From an uncultured Acidimicrobiales bacterium (GTDB lineage Bacteria > Actinomycetota > Acidimicrobiia > Acidimicrobiales > RAAP-2): DNA of 64,000 bases. This document shows, piece by piece, positions 49,096 through 58,858 of the stretch; the stretch's first letter is position 1, and each line of letters starts with the position of its first letter. The stretch is from contig CAVYNO010000019.1 in NCBI GenBank assembly GCA_963769825.1, forward strand, positions 29,852 to 93,851, in the 5' to 3' direction. The position numbers were made by a program, and so were the translations under genes. The notes under the pieces are model-generated. The model made no database searches and was not told where the DNA came from. It saw only the letters and a program-made list of their open reading frames with translations.

Positions 49096-49989
49096 TCAGG
49101 CCATCTTGGCGATGAAGTGCTCGGCGAAGCCTTCGCAGGCGGCGAGCCGGGCGCTCTGGACCAAGTCGGGCGAATCGCCCTCCCCGGCGGGAACGGCCAT
49201 CCACGGCGCACAGAGCAGGTCGGTAATCCCGGCAGCCTCGAGACGACGGTAGAGATCGAGGTCGGGTGCAGCCCGCACGGCCACATACACCGAGAAGGGC
49301 TCTTGAGCCCGCCCGGCCCGTTCCACCGCCTCACGGATCCTCGCCACCTGCGAGAACGCCTCGTCGGGCGCCACTGCCCCGGTGTTGACCCACCCGTCGC
49401 ACAGCGTCGACGCCCGCCGGATGGCGGCCGGTGAGTCGCCGCCGCCGATGATGGGGACCGGGCGAGACGGCGAGGGGTTCATCTGGCAGGCCGGCACGTC
49501 GTAGTAGGGACCGTGGTACTCGACCCAGCCCCCCTGCCAGAGGGCGCGCAGGGCGGGGATCATGTCGTCCAGACGCTTGCCGCGGGTGTGGAAGTCCTGC
49601 CCGGTCTGGATGTACTCCTCCTCGCACCAGCCCACCCCCACGCCGAGGCGGACCCGGTCGTGGGTGAGCACGGCCGCAGTTCCCACCGACTTGGCCACGG
49701 TGATGAGGTCACGCACCGGGGCGATATAGACCCCGGTGGTGAAGGTGAGCTCCGTGGTCACGGTGGAGAGGGCGGAGATCAGGCACATCGGATCGGGCCA
49801 GGCCGTCTCCTTGGCCCAGAAGGGCGAGCCGTCGGGTGCCTTCGAATAGGTGTAGCGCGACCCGAGCTGGCGCGGGTTGAACAAGTGGTCAGACAGGTAG
49901 ATCCCCGAATAGCCGAGGCCGTCGGCGGCCACCGACAGGTCGACGGCCGACTCGAGGGGAAGGAAGGTAACCGCCATGTGGAACCGCAT
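49096..49989 (-). CDS. LLM-class F420-dependent oxidoreductase (TIGR03619-like by recollection)
   Basis: Distal part of ORF 49096..50253, with ATG at 49989 or 49977. GYSGIYLSDHLFNP...GVGVGWCEEEY...DGWV. Confidence 0.8.
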   Translation of the reverse strand: MRFHMAVTFLPLESAVDLSVAADGLGYSGIYLSDHLFNPRQLGSRYTYSKAPDGSPFWAKETAWPDPMCLISALSTVTTELTFTTGVYIAPVRDLITVAKSVGTAAVLTHDRVRLGVGVGWCEEEYIQTGQDFHTRGKRLDDMIPALRALWQGGWVEYHGPYYDVPACQMNPSPSRPVPIIGGGDSPAAIRRASTLCDGWVNTGAVAPDEAFSQVARIREAVERAGRAQEPFSVYVAVRAAPDLDLYRRLEAAGITDLLCAPWMAVPAGEGDSPDLVQSARLAACEGFAEHFIAKMA

Positions 49990-50056
49990 GGCTACCGCCA
50001 ATCCGCTCGGTGGGCGGCGGTCGACGAGACGGTCGACAGGACCGCGGACGAGACGG

Positions 50057-51286
50057 TCAACGTCCGAGGGGCGCCGACGGAGCGAACGCCACCGGAAGGT
50101 GCTTGACACCATTGATGAAGTTCGAGCGCAGCCGCTGGACCTCCCCGTCCAGCCGGATGTCGGGCAGGTGGTCGAGGAGCCGGTCGAACATGACCTTGAT
50201 CTCCATGCGGGCCAGGTTGGCCCCCAAGCAGAAATGGGGCCCACCGCCGCCAAAGGCCATGTGGTTGTTGGGGGAGCGGCCGATGTCGAATCGATCCGGT
50301 TCCGGGAAGGCCGTCTCGTCCCGGTTGGCCGAGATGTGCCAGAACACCACCTTGTCGCCCTCGGCTACCGGCTGGTTGCCGATGACGACATCTGCAGTGG
50401 CCTGGCGTCGGAAGTGCATGACCGGGGAGACGAAGCGCAGCATCTCCTCGACGGCTGAGGGGAGCAGCGAACGGTCGGCCCGGAGGCGCGCCCACTGGTC
50501 GGGGTTGTCGAAGAAGGCCACCATCGCCCCCGAGATGAGGTTGCGGGTGGTCTCATTGCCGGCCACGGCCAGCAGCAGGAAGAAGAGGTCGAGCTCGAGC
50601 TGGGAAAGCTGGTCGCCGTCGATCTCGGCTTGGGTCAGCACACTGAAGAGGTCCTCGTGGGGGTCGAGGCGCTTCTTGGCGCACAGCTCGTCGGCGTAGG
50701 CGAACAGTTCCATAGCCGCCTGGCCCGGCGCATCGGCACCCGACTGGTATTCGGGGTCCTCCGAGCCGACCATCGTGTTGGACCAGTCGAACACCAAGTG
50801 ACGGTCCTCCTGGGGCACGCCCATCAGGTCGGCGATCACCTGGAGGGGGAGCTCGGCCGAGATCTGCTCGACGAAGTCGGCGTGGCCTTGTTCGCAGATG
50901 CCATCGACGATGGAGTCGGTGGCCCGCACCACCTTTTCCTCGAGGTCGCGGATCATCCGGGGTGTGAACCCCTTGTTGACCAGCCGGCGGTACCGGGTAT
51001 GCATGGGCGGGTCCATGTTGAGCATCATCATCCGCTGCTGGGCCAGAGCCTCGTCATCCATGTCGGTGAAGAGGGCGGCGGAGCGGTAGGAGGAGAAGTG
51101 CTCGTAGTCGCGGTTCACCGTGACGCAGTCGTCGTAGCGGGTCACCGACCAGAACCCCTCGCCGAAACCCTGTGGGTCGGGGTGCCACTGGACCGGGTTC
51201 TCACGCCGCAGGTGGGCGAACCAGTCGTGGGGAACGGCCTGGACGAAGTTGTCAGGGTCACACAGGTCGATGTCGGTTGTTCGCAT
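50057..51286 (-). CDS. Cytochrome P450 (CYP125/142-like lipid or steroid side-chain hydroxylase type)
   Basis: ORF 50057..51286. AGNETTRN, EEMLRF and FGGGGPHFCLGANLARME. The N-terminal DLCDPDNF...HLRRENPVQW resembles CYP125-type enzymes. Confidence 0.88.
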   Translation of the reverse strand: MRTTDIDLCDPDNFVQAVPHDWFAHLRRENPVQWHPDPQGFGEGFWSVTRYDDCVTVNRDYEHFSSYRSAALFTDMDDEALAQQRMMMLNMDPPMHTRYRRLVNKGFTPRMIRDLEEKVVRATDSIVDGICEQGHADFVEQISAELPLQVIADLMGVPQEDRHLVFDWSNTMVGSEDPEYQSGADAPGQAAMELFAYADELCAKKRLDPHEDLFSVLTQAEIDGDQLSQLELDLFFLLLAVAGNETTRNLISGAMVAFFDNPDQWARLRADRSLLPSAVEEMLRFVSPVMHFRRQATADVVIGNQPVAEGDKVVFWHISANRDETAFPEPDRFDIGRSPNNHMAFGGGGPHFCLGANLARMEIKVMFDRLLDHLPDIRLDGEVQRLRSNFINGVKHLPVAFAPSAPLGR

Positions 51287-51522
51287 GGTGTCTCCCCCCG
51301 GGAGTCCGTGGCCTGTGCCGCAGCTTCCGACCGGTGCCCCGTAGCGGGCCCGGTCGTCGAGCCGGGCAGCCCACCGAGCCCCGAGTTTCTAGAACGCGTA
51401 TCAGTTATCATAGGGCAGCCGCACCCCGGGCCTCTACAGCTGTGCCGGTGCGTCAAGGATCGCCGGTGAGTGCCAGGCAGTGAGAGAGGCAGTGAAGAGG
51501 CAGTGAAAGGGAATGCTGAGTC

Positions 51523-52683
51523 ATGCACTTGGAGGAGACCTCGGAGCAACAGGCGCTTCGTCACGAGCTTCGGGCCTACTTTGCCGACCTGCTGACCCCG
51601 GAGGCCCGCCAAGCCCTCGACTCCGAGAACGAGGGCGGGGAGGTCTCCCGCACCCTGGTCCGGCGGATGGGAAAGGACGGTTGGCTCGGGATCGGCTGGC
51701 CCAAGGAGTACGGCGGGCAGGGACGGCCGACCTCCGATCAGTTCATCTTCTTCACCGAGGTCCAGCGGGCCCGCGCTCCGTTCCCCTTCGTGACCCTCAA
51801 CACGGTGGGCCCGATGCTCATGCGGTTCGGGACCGACGAGCAGAAGAGCTTCTTCCTCTCGGGGATCCTGGCCGGTGAGATCCATTTCGCCATCGGCTAC
51901 ACCGAGCCGGGAGCGGGGACCGATCTGGCCTCATTGCGCACCCGGGCGGAGCGTGACGGGGACGAGTGGATCATCAACGGCAACAAGATCTTCACCAGCG
52001 GAGCCGACCAGGCCGACTACATCTGGCTGGCCACCCGGACCGACCCCGACGCTCCCAAGCACAAGGGCATCTCCATCTTCCTGGTGCCCACCGCCGCCCC
52101 CGGGTTCTCGTGCACACCGCTGGTCACCGTTGGCGGCGTGGCCACCACGGCCTCCTACTACGACAACGTCCGGGTTCCCACCTCTGCGCTGGTGGGGGAG
52201 CTCAACGAGGGATGGCGCCTCATCACCGGACAGCTCAACCACGAACGGGTGGGGCTGGCTGCGGTCAGCGCGCTGGCCCAGCGGCTGTGGGTGGAGACGG
52301 CGGCGTGGGCCATCGACCAGGGAGTCGCCGAGGTGGGTTGGGTCCAGGCCGATCTTGGCCGCACCTATGCCCTGCTCGAAGCCCAGAAGCTCCTCAATTG
52401 GCGGATGACGGCGGCGGTGGCCGCCGACACGCTCGGTCCGGCTGACTCCTCGGCGGTCAAGGTGTTCGGCACCGAGTCGACGGTCGAGATCTACCGGCGG
52501 CTGCTCGGTGTGGTCGGCGCCGGCGGTTACCTCAGCCCGGCATCGCCCGGGGCAGTCCTCCACGGCGAGCTCGAGCGGGCCGGCCGGCAGTCGCAGATCA
52601 ACACCTTCGGGGGCGGGGTCAACGAGGTACAGCGCGAGATCCTGGCCACGGCCGGACTGGGCATGAAGCGGGCGGCCCGGTGA
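51523..52683 (+). CDS. Acyl-CoA dehydrogenase (FadE/ChsE-like)
   Basis: ORF 51523..52683. GWLGIGWPKEYGG, GYTEPGAGTDLASL and the ACAD fold pattern. Confidence 0.85.
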   Translation: MHLEETSEQQALRHELRAYFADLLTPEARQALDSENEGGEVSRTLVRRMGKDGWLGIGWPKEYGGQGRPTSDQFIFFTEVQRARAPFPFVTLNTVGPMLMRFGTDEQKSFFLSGILAGEIHFAIGYTEPGAGTDLASLRTRAERDGDEWIINGNKIFTSGADQADYIWLATRTDPDAPKHKGISIFLVPTAAPGFSCTPLVTVGGVATTASYYDNVRVPTSALVGELNEGWRLITGQLNHERVGLAAVSALAQRLWVETAAWAIDQGVAEVGWVQADLGRTYALLEAQKLLNWRMTAAVAADTLGPADSSAVKVFGTESTVEIYRRLLGVVGAGGYLSPASPGAVLHGELERAGRQSQINTFGGGVNEVQREILATAGLGMKRAAR

Positions 52684-53012
52684 GCGCTCCGGCCACCGGG
52701 GTGGAGACGGCCGCGCAGGGTTCCACCCTCGACGAAGAGTTGCGATCCTTCGTCGGGCAACCGTCGGGACCGCCCACCGGTGCTCCCGACGCCGTCAATC
52801 TGCCCATGATCCGCCACTGGGTGGAGGCCATGGGTGACCGAAATCCCGTCTACGTCGACGACGAGGCGGCAAGGGCGGCGGGCTTTCCGGGGATCATCGC
52901 CCCGCCCACCATGCTCCAGGCCTGGATCATGCGCGGTCTGCGTGCCTCGCTCGAGCTCGAGCTGGCCCGGGCGACCGGTGAGGCTCGCGGGGACTCGCCC
53001 GTGACCGCCTGA
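52680..53012 (+). CDS. MaoC-dehydratase N-terminal (hot-dog) fragment. May be the 5' part of the next gene.
   Basis: ORF 52680..53012, GTGA overlap. MIRHWVEAMGDRNPVYVDDEAARAAGFPGIIAPPTMLQAW. Confidence 0.55.
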   Translation: MSAPATGVETAAQGSTLDEELRSFVGQPSGPPTGAPDAVNLPMIRHWVEAMGDRNPVYVDDEAARAAGFPGIIAPPTMLQAWIMRGLRASLELELARATGEARGDSPVTA

Positions 53013-53761
53013 TGGGCCTGCTCGATTCGGCCGGCTACACCTCGGTGGTCGCCACCAATTGCGACCAGCACTACGTCCGACCCCTGGTGCTCGGGGACGT
53101 GATCGAGGTCTCCTCGGTCATCGACGATGTCTCACCGGAGAAGGAGACCGGCCTCGGCGTCGGCCGCTTCGTCACCACCCGGCTCGAGTTCACCGACCAG
53201 AACGGCGAGCCGGTCGCCACCATGCGCTTCCGCATCCTCAAGTTCCGGCCCCGTCCGCAGGCCGGCGCGCCCGCACGTCCGACGCGTCCGACGAGTCCGA
53301 TCCGCGGGGCCTCGCAGCCCCGACCGAAGCGGCCCCGCCCGGCCCTCACCCAGGACAACCGGTTCTTCTTCGAGGGGGCAAAGGAGCACAAGCTCCTCAT
53401 CCAGCGATGTGCCAACTGCGGCACGCTCCGGCATCCACCCCGGCCGGCCTGTGCCGTCTGCCGGTCGTTCGAGTGGGACACGGTGAGGGCGTCCGGCAGG
53501 GGGACCATCTACAGCTACGTGGTCAACTACTACCCGCAGGTCCCGGCCTTCGACTATCCGCTGGTGATCGCGTTGGTGGAGCTGGAGGAGGGCACACGCC
53601 TCGTGGCCAACGTGGCCGGCATCACGCCCGACGACGTCTCCATCGGCATGCCGGTGGTCGCCGGGTTCGAGGACTTCGACGACGATCTGACGCTGCCCGT
53701 CTTCCATCCCGTATCCGGGACGGGCCCGGCCCAGCCGGCGACCGCCGATACCGGGGGCTGA
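53012..53761 (+). CDS. Hot-dog fold remainder fused to a DUF35 Zn-ribbon/OB-fold domain (ChsH-type partner of Ltp thiolases)
   Basis: ORF 53012..53761. GYTSVVATNCDQHYVRPLVLGDVIEV...RFRILKF, a linker, then LIQRCANCGTLRHPPRPACAVCRS...GTIYSYVV...ALVELEEGTRLVANV. Confidence 0.7.
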   Translation: MGLLDSAGYTSVVATNCDQHYVRPLVLGDVIEVSSVIDDVSPEKETGLGVGRFVTTRLEFTDQNGEPVATMRFRILKFRPRPQAGAPARPTRPTSPIRGASQPRPKRPRPALTQDNRFFFEGAKEHKLLIQRCANCGTLRHPPRPACAVCRSFEWDTVRASGRGTIYSYVVNYYPQVPAFDYPLVIALVELEEGTRLVANVAGITPDDVSIGMPVVAGFEDFDDDLTLPVFHPVSGTGPAQPATADTGG

Positions 53762-54925
53762 TGATGGATTTCACCTTCAACGAGGAGCAGCGGGCCGTCC
53801 AGCAGGCGGCCGACGGTCTGTTCACCGGTCTGGTCACTCCGGACCGGGTGCACGACGTGGAGTCGGGCGACGAACGTTTCGACCGCCAGCTGTGGGGCGA
53901 GCTGGCCAAGGCCGACCTTCTCGGGCTGCCCGTACCCGAAGCCCTGGGTGGAGCCGGGTACGGCATGGTGGAGGTGGCGCTCGTGCTCGAGGCGCAGGGA
54001 CGGGTGGTGGCGCCGGTGCCGTTGCTGCCCACCCTGGTGCTCGGGGCCATGCCGGTGGCCGAGTTCGGGAGCGAGTCGCTGCAGGCCGATCTCCTGACCG
54101 GGGTCACCTCGCGGGCGGACGGTGCTGTCGGCCGCACTCACCGAAGTGGCCGGCGACATCGCCGGCGGTGGCCCGGGCCGTCCGGCCCTTCGTGCCGAGC
54201 CGATCACCGGGGGCGTCACCCTGTCCGGCACGGCGTTCGCCGTGCCTTCCGGCCACGTGGCCGATCGAGTCCTGGTCCCCGCCTCGCTCGACGGCGGTGT
54301 CATCGTGGCAGCCATCGACCCCCGGGCTGCCGGGGTGACCATCGAGCGGGCCGTCACCACCAACCGGGAGGTCCATCCTCACCTCCACCTCGACGGCGTG
54401 CACGCCGGGACCGACGAGTTGCTGGCCGGTGGTGATCCCGGCCACGGTCCCGAGGTCCTCGACTGGATGCTGCAGCGGGCGTGGACGGCGTTGTGCGCCG
54501 TACAGGTCGGGGTCACCGAGGCGGCCGTGGCCCAGACCGCGGCGTACCTCAATACGAGGGAGCAGTTCGGTCGGCCGCTCTCGACCTTCCAGGGCACCAT
54601 GCTCCGCTCGGCCGACGCAGCCATCGACACCGAGTCGATCCGGGTGACCATGTGGCAGGCGGCCTGGCGCCTCGACCAGGGGCTGGACGCGGCGCTGGCG
54701 GTCAGCGTGGCCTCGTGGTTCGCGGCCGAAGCCGGTCAGCGAGCCGTCTTCGCCACCCAGCACCTCCATGGCGGCATCGGGGCCGACATCTCCTATCCCA
54801 TCCACCGCTACTTCCTGTGGGGTAAGCAGATCGAGCTCATGCTCGGAGCGGCCAGCGCCCACCTGGCCCGACTCGGCCGGCAGGTCGTCGACGAGCTCGA
54901 GGCGGGCCGGACGGTGGTGGCATGA
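53761..54925 (+). CDS. Acyl-CoA dehydrogenase (second FadE/ChsE-like subunit), interrupted by a 1-nt insertion at about 54112
   Basis: MMDFTFNEEQRAVQQAA...LLTGVTS is in the frame of ORF 53059..54435. It continues (G)RTVLSAALTEVAGD...REQFGRPLSTFQG...QHLHGGIGAD in ORF 54122..54925. Confidence 0.8.
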
Positions 54926-55433
54926 GCGCGGGATCCACCGAGACCTGGGCGGCACCAGCACCGGCACCGGCTCCTGCGCCTCCAACGCCGAACACACTGC
55001 GCTTCGAGCAGGTGGCGGTGGGGGACGAGCTCCCCGAGCTGGCGCTGCCCCTCACCCGGACCCTCATCGTGTCGACGGCCATCGCCTCGCGCGACTACCA
55101 GGACGTCCACCACGACTCTGTGCTGGCCGTCGAGCGGGGTCGAAGGACATCTTCATGAACATCCTCTCGACCAACGGAATCGTGGGGCGTTACGTGACCG
55201 ACTGGTCCGGTCCCGGCGGGATCCTCACCGACGTGAAGATCCGCCTCGGTGCGCCCAACTATCCCGACGACACCATGACCTTGACCGGCTCGGTGACCGC
55301 CAAGGACGGAGCCCCCGGGGCTGACGGGTACGGAGCCGTCGAGGTCACCCTCCGGGGACGCAACCAACTGGGTGACCACGTCACCGGCACGGTGCAGCTG
55401 CGCCTTCCGTCCGGGGCGACGACCGGGCGATGA
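54922..55433 (+). CDS. MaoC-like (R)-hydratase hot-dog protein, interrupted by a 1-nt deletion in a G-run at about 55139
   Basis: ORF 54922..55158 (…ASRDYQDVHHDSVLAVERG). It continues SKDIFMNILSTNGIVGRYVTDW... in the frame of ORF 54768..55433. ATGA overlaps at both ends. Confidence 0.75.
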
Positions 55434-56617
55434 ACGGAGAGCACCACGCCTACGCTGGCAACACGGCCATCGCCGGCATCGGGGCCACAGAATTCTCCAA
55501 GGAGTCGGGCCGGAGCGACCTCCGCCTGGCCGTGGAGGCGGTCGACCTGGCATTGCGCGACGCCGGCATCGAACCGGCCGACGTCGACGGGATGGTCACC
55601 TTCAGTGCGGACACGAATCCGGAGATCGAGATCGCCCGCAGCCTGGGCATGGGCGAGCTGTCCTTCTTCAGCCGCATCCATTACGGCGGAGGCGCGGCAT
55701 GCGCCACCATCCAGCAGGCGGCGATGGCCGTCCAGTCGGGCGTGGCCGATGTCGTGGTCTGCTACCGGGCCTTCAACGAGCGGTCGGGCCATCGCTTCGG
55801 CACCGGGGTCCAGGACCGAGCTCCGGTTCCCAACGCGGAGACCGCCCATTTCGCCTGGTATGCACCGGTTGGGCTGCTCACGCCGGCCCAGTGGGTGGCC
55901 ATGGCGGCCCAGCGCTACCTGCATCTGTCGGGTGCCACCTCCGAGGACCTGGGGCGGGTGGCCGTGGCCGACCGGCGCCATGCAGCGACCAACCCGAAGG
56001 CCTGGTTCTACGGGAAGCCGATCACCCTCGAGGAACACCAGGCGTCCCGGTGGATCGTCGAGCCGCTCCACCTCCTCGACTGCTGCCAAGAGACCGACGG
56101 CGGCCAGGCTCTGGTGGTCACCTCCCTCGAGCGGGCGCGCGATCTGCCCACCACGCCGGTGGTCATCGAGGCGGCCGCCCAGGGAGCGGGGCCCGGGCAG
56201 GAGATGATGACCTCCTACTACGTGGGCGATCTCTGTGGGCTGGGCGAGATGGAGTCGGTGGCCCGCCAGCTGTGGCAGACGTCAGGTCTCACCCCGGCCC
56301 AAATGCAGACGGCCGTCCTCTATGACCACTTCACGCCCTACGTGCTGTACCAGTTGGAGGAGCTCGGCTTCTGCGCCAAGGGCGAGGCCAAGGAGTTCGT
56401 CCGTGACGGCAACATCGAGCTCGGCGGGGGACTGCCCGTGAACCCCCATGGCGGCCAGCTGGGCGAGGCCTACTTGCACGGCATGAACGGGATCGCCGAA
56501 GGGGTGCGCCAGGTGCGGGGCACCTCCGTGAACCAGGTCCCCGATGTGCACCATGTCCTGGTCACCGCCGGCACCGGCGTGCCGACCAGCGGCCTCATTC
56601 TCGGGGTCGACGGCTGA
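55430..56617 (+). CDS. Thiolase-fold lipid-transfer protein (Ltp/SCP-x-type, non-acetylating aldolase/thiolase)
   Basis: ORF 55430..56617. AIAGIGATEFSKESGRS...VVCYRAFNERSG...NPHGGQLGEAYLHGMNG. Confidence 0.85.
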   Translation: MNGEHHAYAGNTAIAGIGATEFSKESGRSDLRLAVEAVDLALRDAGIEPADVDGMVTFSADTNPEIEIARSLGMGELSFFSRIHYGGGAACATIQQAAMAVQSGVADVVVCYRAFNERSGHRFGTGVQDRAPVPNAETAHFAWYAPVGLLTPAQWVAMAAQRYLHLSGATSEDLGRVAVADRRHAATNPKAWFYGKPITLEEHQASRWIVEPLHLLDCCQETDGGQALVVTSLERARDLPTTPVVIEAAAQGAGPGQEMMTSYYVGDLCGLGEMESVARQLWQTSGLTPAQMQTAVLYDHFTPYVLYQLEELGFCAKGEAKEFVRDGNIELGGGLPVNPHGGQLGEAYLHGMNGIAEGVRQVRGTSVNQVPDVHHVLVTAGTGVPTSGLILGVDG

Positions 56618-56807
56618 GCCGGCCCACGGCCGGCATCGACGGGCCGGCCGGCCACGCCCATTCTGGGTTGTTCGGCGTCCATCGAATTCGGCGTTGTCTG
56701 GCCGGGAGATGAGGACCCCTGTTCCCGGTCCTTCCGCCGGGCCAGACGACGTGGGACTTCTCCCGCAGTCCCGGTGAATTCGACGCCTCGGAGTCGTCTA
56801 CCTATCG

Positions 56808-57146
56808 ATGGAAATGGAAGACGCCGCCCTCCCGCGGGGAGAACCCGAGCTGTTGGCCAGGGTGGTGCTCGTCGGGTCAGATGGAAGCGTGGCGGTCACC
56901 CGGCTGACCAGCGATCGCGGCCCGGATCTGTCCACGGTCAACGAGGTGGCCCGACTGGCACTGGCCGCCCGGCGGGCACATGGCTGGGTGCGCCTCGAGG
57001 ATGTTTGCCCCACGCTCGCAGGGCTGCTCGAGCTGACGGGTCTGCTCGGACAGGTGGGGCGCGGCAGAAGTACCGGCACAAGTACCGGCCCGACCGATGA
57101 TTCTCCTTCGTATCGAACGTCGTACCTTGCGACAGGAGGAGAGCCG
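56808..57146 (+). CDS. Hypothetical small protein (weak STAS-like tail), in frame with the downstream VOC gene
   Basis: First 113 codons of ORF 56808..57536. ...DLSTVNEVARLALAARRAHGWVRLEDVCPTLAGLLELTGLL loosely resembles anti-sigma-antagonist C-termini. No RBS seen. Confidence 0.2.
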
Positions 57147-57536
57147 ATGCCGGCACCCACGCCCACCATCCAGATCAGCCAGGTCCACACCGTCGGCGTC
57201 CCGGTGGCCGACCAGGACCGAGCCGTTCGGTTCTACGTCGAGACGCTCGGGTTCAGGCCGGTTCGCGACGTGCCCATCGGCCCGGGGAAGCGCTGGATCG
57301 AGGTGGCCCCACCACAGGGCACGACCACCGTCGCGCTGGTGGCCCCGAGCCCGGACGTCCCGGTCGGGGTCGAGACCGGGATCCGGCTCGTCAGCGCGGA
57401 TGTGGCCAGCGACCATGCTGCTTTGGCCGCCGACGGCGTCGACGTGGGCGATCTTCTGCGCTGGGATGGCGTCCCGCCCATGTTCGCCTTCTACGACCCG
57501 GACGGCAACCGCCTCGAGCTCGTCGGGGAGGCGTGA
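57147..57536 (+). CDS. VOC-family (glyoxalase/bleomycin-resistance fold) protein
   Basis: AGGAGGAG RBS then ATG 57147 inside ORF 56808..57536. VHTVGVPVADQDRAVRFYVETLGF...FYDPDGNRLELV. Confidence 0.8.
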   Translation: MPAPTPTIQISQVHTVGVPVADQDRAVRFYVETLGFRPVRDVPIGPGKRWIEVAPPQGTTTVALVAPSPDVPVGVETGIRLVSADVASDHAALAADGVDVGDLLRWDGVPPMFAFYDPDGNRLELVGEA

Positions 57537-57588
57537 CGTGGCGGCCGCTGCGGTGGGCTGCGCCACCGCGCCACTAGCATCGCCAACG

Positions 57589-58560
57589 ATGACCGTCAGC
57601 ACCCACGGCATCAGCACGGAGGACCTCGAACAGTACCGGCGAGAGCTGACCGGGTACTGCTATCGGATGCTCGGATCCGGGTTCGATGCCGAAGACGCCG
57701 TGCAGGAGACCATGCTCCGTGCCTGGCGCGCCGCCGACTCCTTCGAAGGTCGCTCGTCGGTTCGATCCTGGCTCTATCGGATCGCCACGAACGTCTGCCT
57801 CGATCAACTGCGGGGTAGCCAGCGCCGGGCCCGCCCCACCGAGCTCGGCCCGTCACAGCCACCGGTGCCCTCCTCCTTGGAGCGGGTCCTTCCCGAGGGC
57901 GCCTGGATCTCGCCCATCGCCGACGAGCGGGTATTGCCGGTCGAGGCCGACCCGGCCGAGGTGCTGGCGGCGCGTGACAGCGTACGCCTGGCCTTCGTGG
58001 CCGCTCTGCAGCACCTGCCCCCGCGCCAGCGGGCGTCGCTCATCCTGTGCGAGGTGCTTCGCTGGCCGGTGGCCGAGGCCGCCGAGCTGCTGGACACCAC
58101 GGCCGCCGCGGTCAACAGCGCGCTGCAGAGAGCCAGGGCCACCTTGGCCTCACTCGACATCGCCGAGCAGTCGCCGGTCGTCGATGCCGAACAGGCCGAT
58201 CTGCTGGCCCGCTACGTAGACGCATTCGAGCGGTACGACATCGAGCGTCTGGTGACGCTCCTGCACGACGACGCCATCCAGACCATGCCGCCCTACGCCA
58301 TGTGGCTGCAGGGGTCGGCCGACATCGGCCGATTCATGCTCGGCCCCGGACACGCCTGTCGCGGCTCGCGCCTCATCTCCACCGCGGCCAACGGACTGCC
58401 GGCGTTCGGCCACTACAAGCCGGACCCGGGCGGCGGGTACTCGCCGTGGGCGCTGGTCGTCCTCGAGATCTCCGGATCGAAGGTCCAGGCCATCAACTCC
58501 TTCCTGGAGGCGGATCGCCTCTTTCCGACGTTCGGCCTGCCCCGACGCCTCATGGCGTAG
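57589..58560 (+). CDS. Sigma-70 family ECF-type sigma factor with a C-terminal SnoaL-like domain (SigG/SigJ type)
   Basis: ATG 57589 inside ORF 57097..58560. DAEDAVQETMLRAW...SWLYRIATNVCLD (region 2), RQRASLILCEVLRWPVAEAAELLDTTAAAVNSALQRAR (region 4), then ...YVDAFERYDIERLVTLLHDDA (SnoaL-like). Confidence 0.85.
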   Translation: MTVSTHGISTEDLEQYRRELTGYCYRMLGSGFDAEDAVQETMLRAWRAADSFEGRSSVRSWLYRIATNVCLDQLRGSQRRARPTELGPSQPPVPSSLERVLPEGAWISPIADERVLPVEADPAEVLAARDSVRLAFVAALQHLPPRQRASLILCEVLRWPVAEAAELLDTTAAAVNSALQRARATLASLDIAEQSPVVDAEQADLLARYVDAFERYDIERLVTLLHDDAIQTMPPYAMWLQGSADIGRFMLGPGHACRGSRLISTAANGLPAFGHYKPDPGGGYSPWALVVLEISGSKVQAINSFLEADRLFPTFGLPRRLMA

Positions 58561-58754
58561 TCGGTACCCCGAGGCGGCCGTGCGCCGCCCCGAACCCGGT
58601 GTCGGGCCGGGGCCGACCCCGATCCTCAAGCCACCACCGCGCTGGACCGCGGACGCCACCGACTTGTCGGCCCGAGCGCTTGAACGGCCTTCCCCACCGT
58701 GTCATGGTCTGGGCGATCGCAGTCTGATCACGAGACGAAGACCGCCGTCGGTCC

Positions 58755-58794
58755 CTCGACAGCTCGACAGCTCGACAGCTCGACAGCTCGACAG
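58755..58794. repeat. 8-bp tandem repeat CTCGACAG x5
   Basis: Five perfect units from 58755 to 58794, followed by a partial ctcgg. Located 60-100 bp upstream of the 58855 start. Confidence 0.9.
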
Positions 58795-58816
58795 CTCGGT
58801 GCTCGGCGACCGGGGC

Positions 58817-58858
58817 GGCCCGAGAGGAGACCCAATGGCCCGAGAGGAGACCCAATGG
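58817..58858 (+). repeat. 20-bp tandem duplication GGCCCGAGAGGAGACCCAAT x2 that duplicates the SD and ATG
   Basis: Copies at 58817-58836 and 58837-58856. The first ATG (58835) opens an 8-codon uORF, MAREETQW. Its TAG (58859-58861) overlaps codons 2-3 of the main ORF, which starts at ATG 58855. Confidence 0.9.

Noticed and set aside
57097-57588. N-terminal 164-aa extension of the sigma factor ORF (57097..58560), and the similar 5' extensions of trpD (11634), the LLM gene (up to 50253) and ORF 840
   Set aside because: The extensions overlap neighbouring, well-supported genes in other frames and are Arg/Pro-rich. Conserved protein N-termini and RBS-like sequences support the internal starts.
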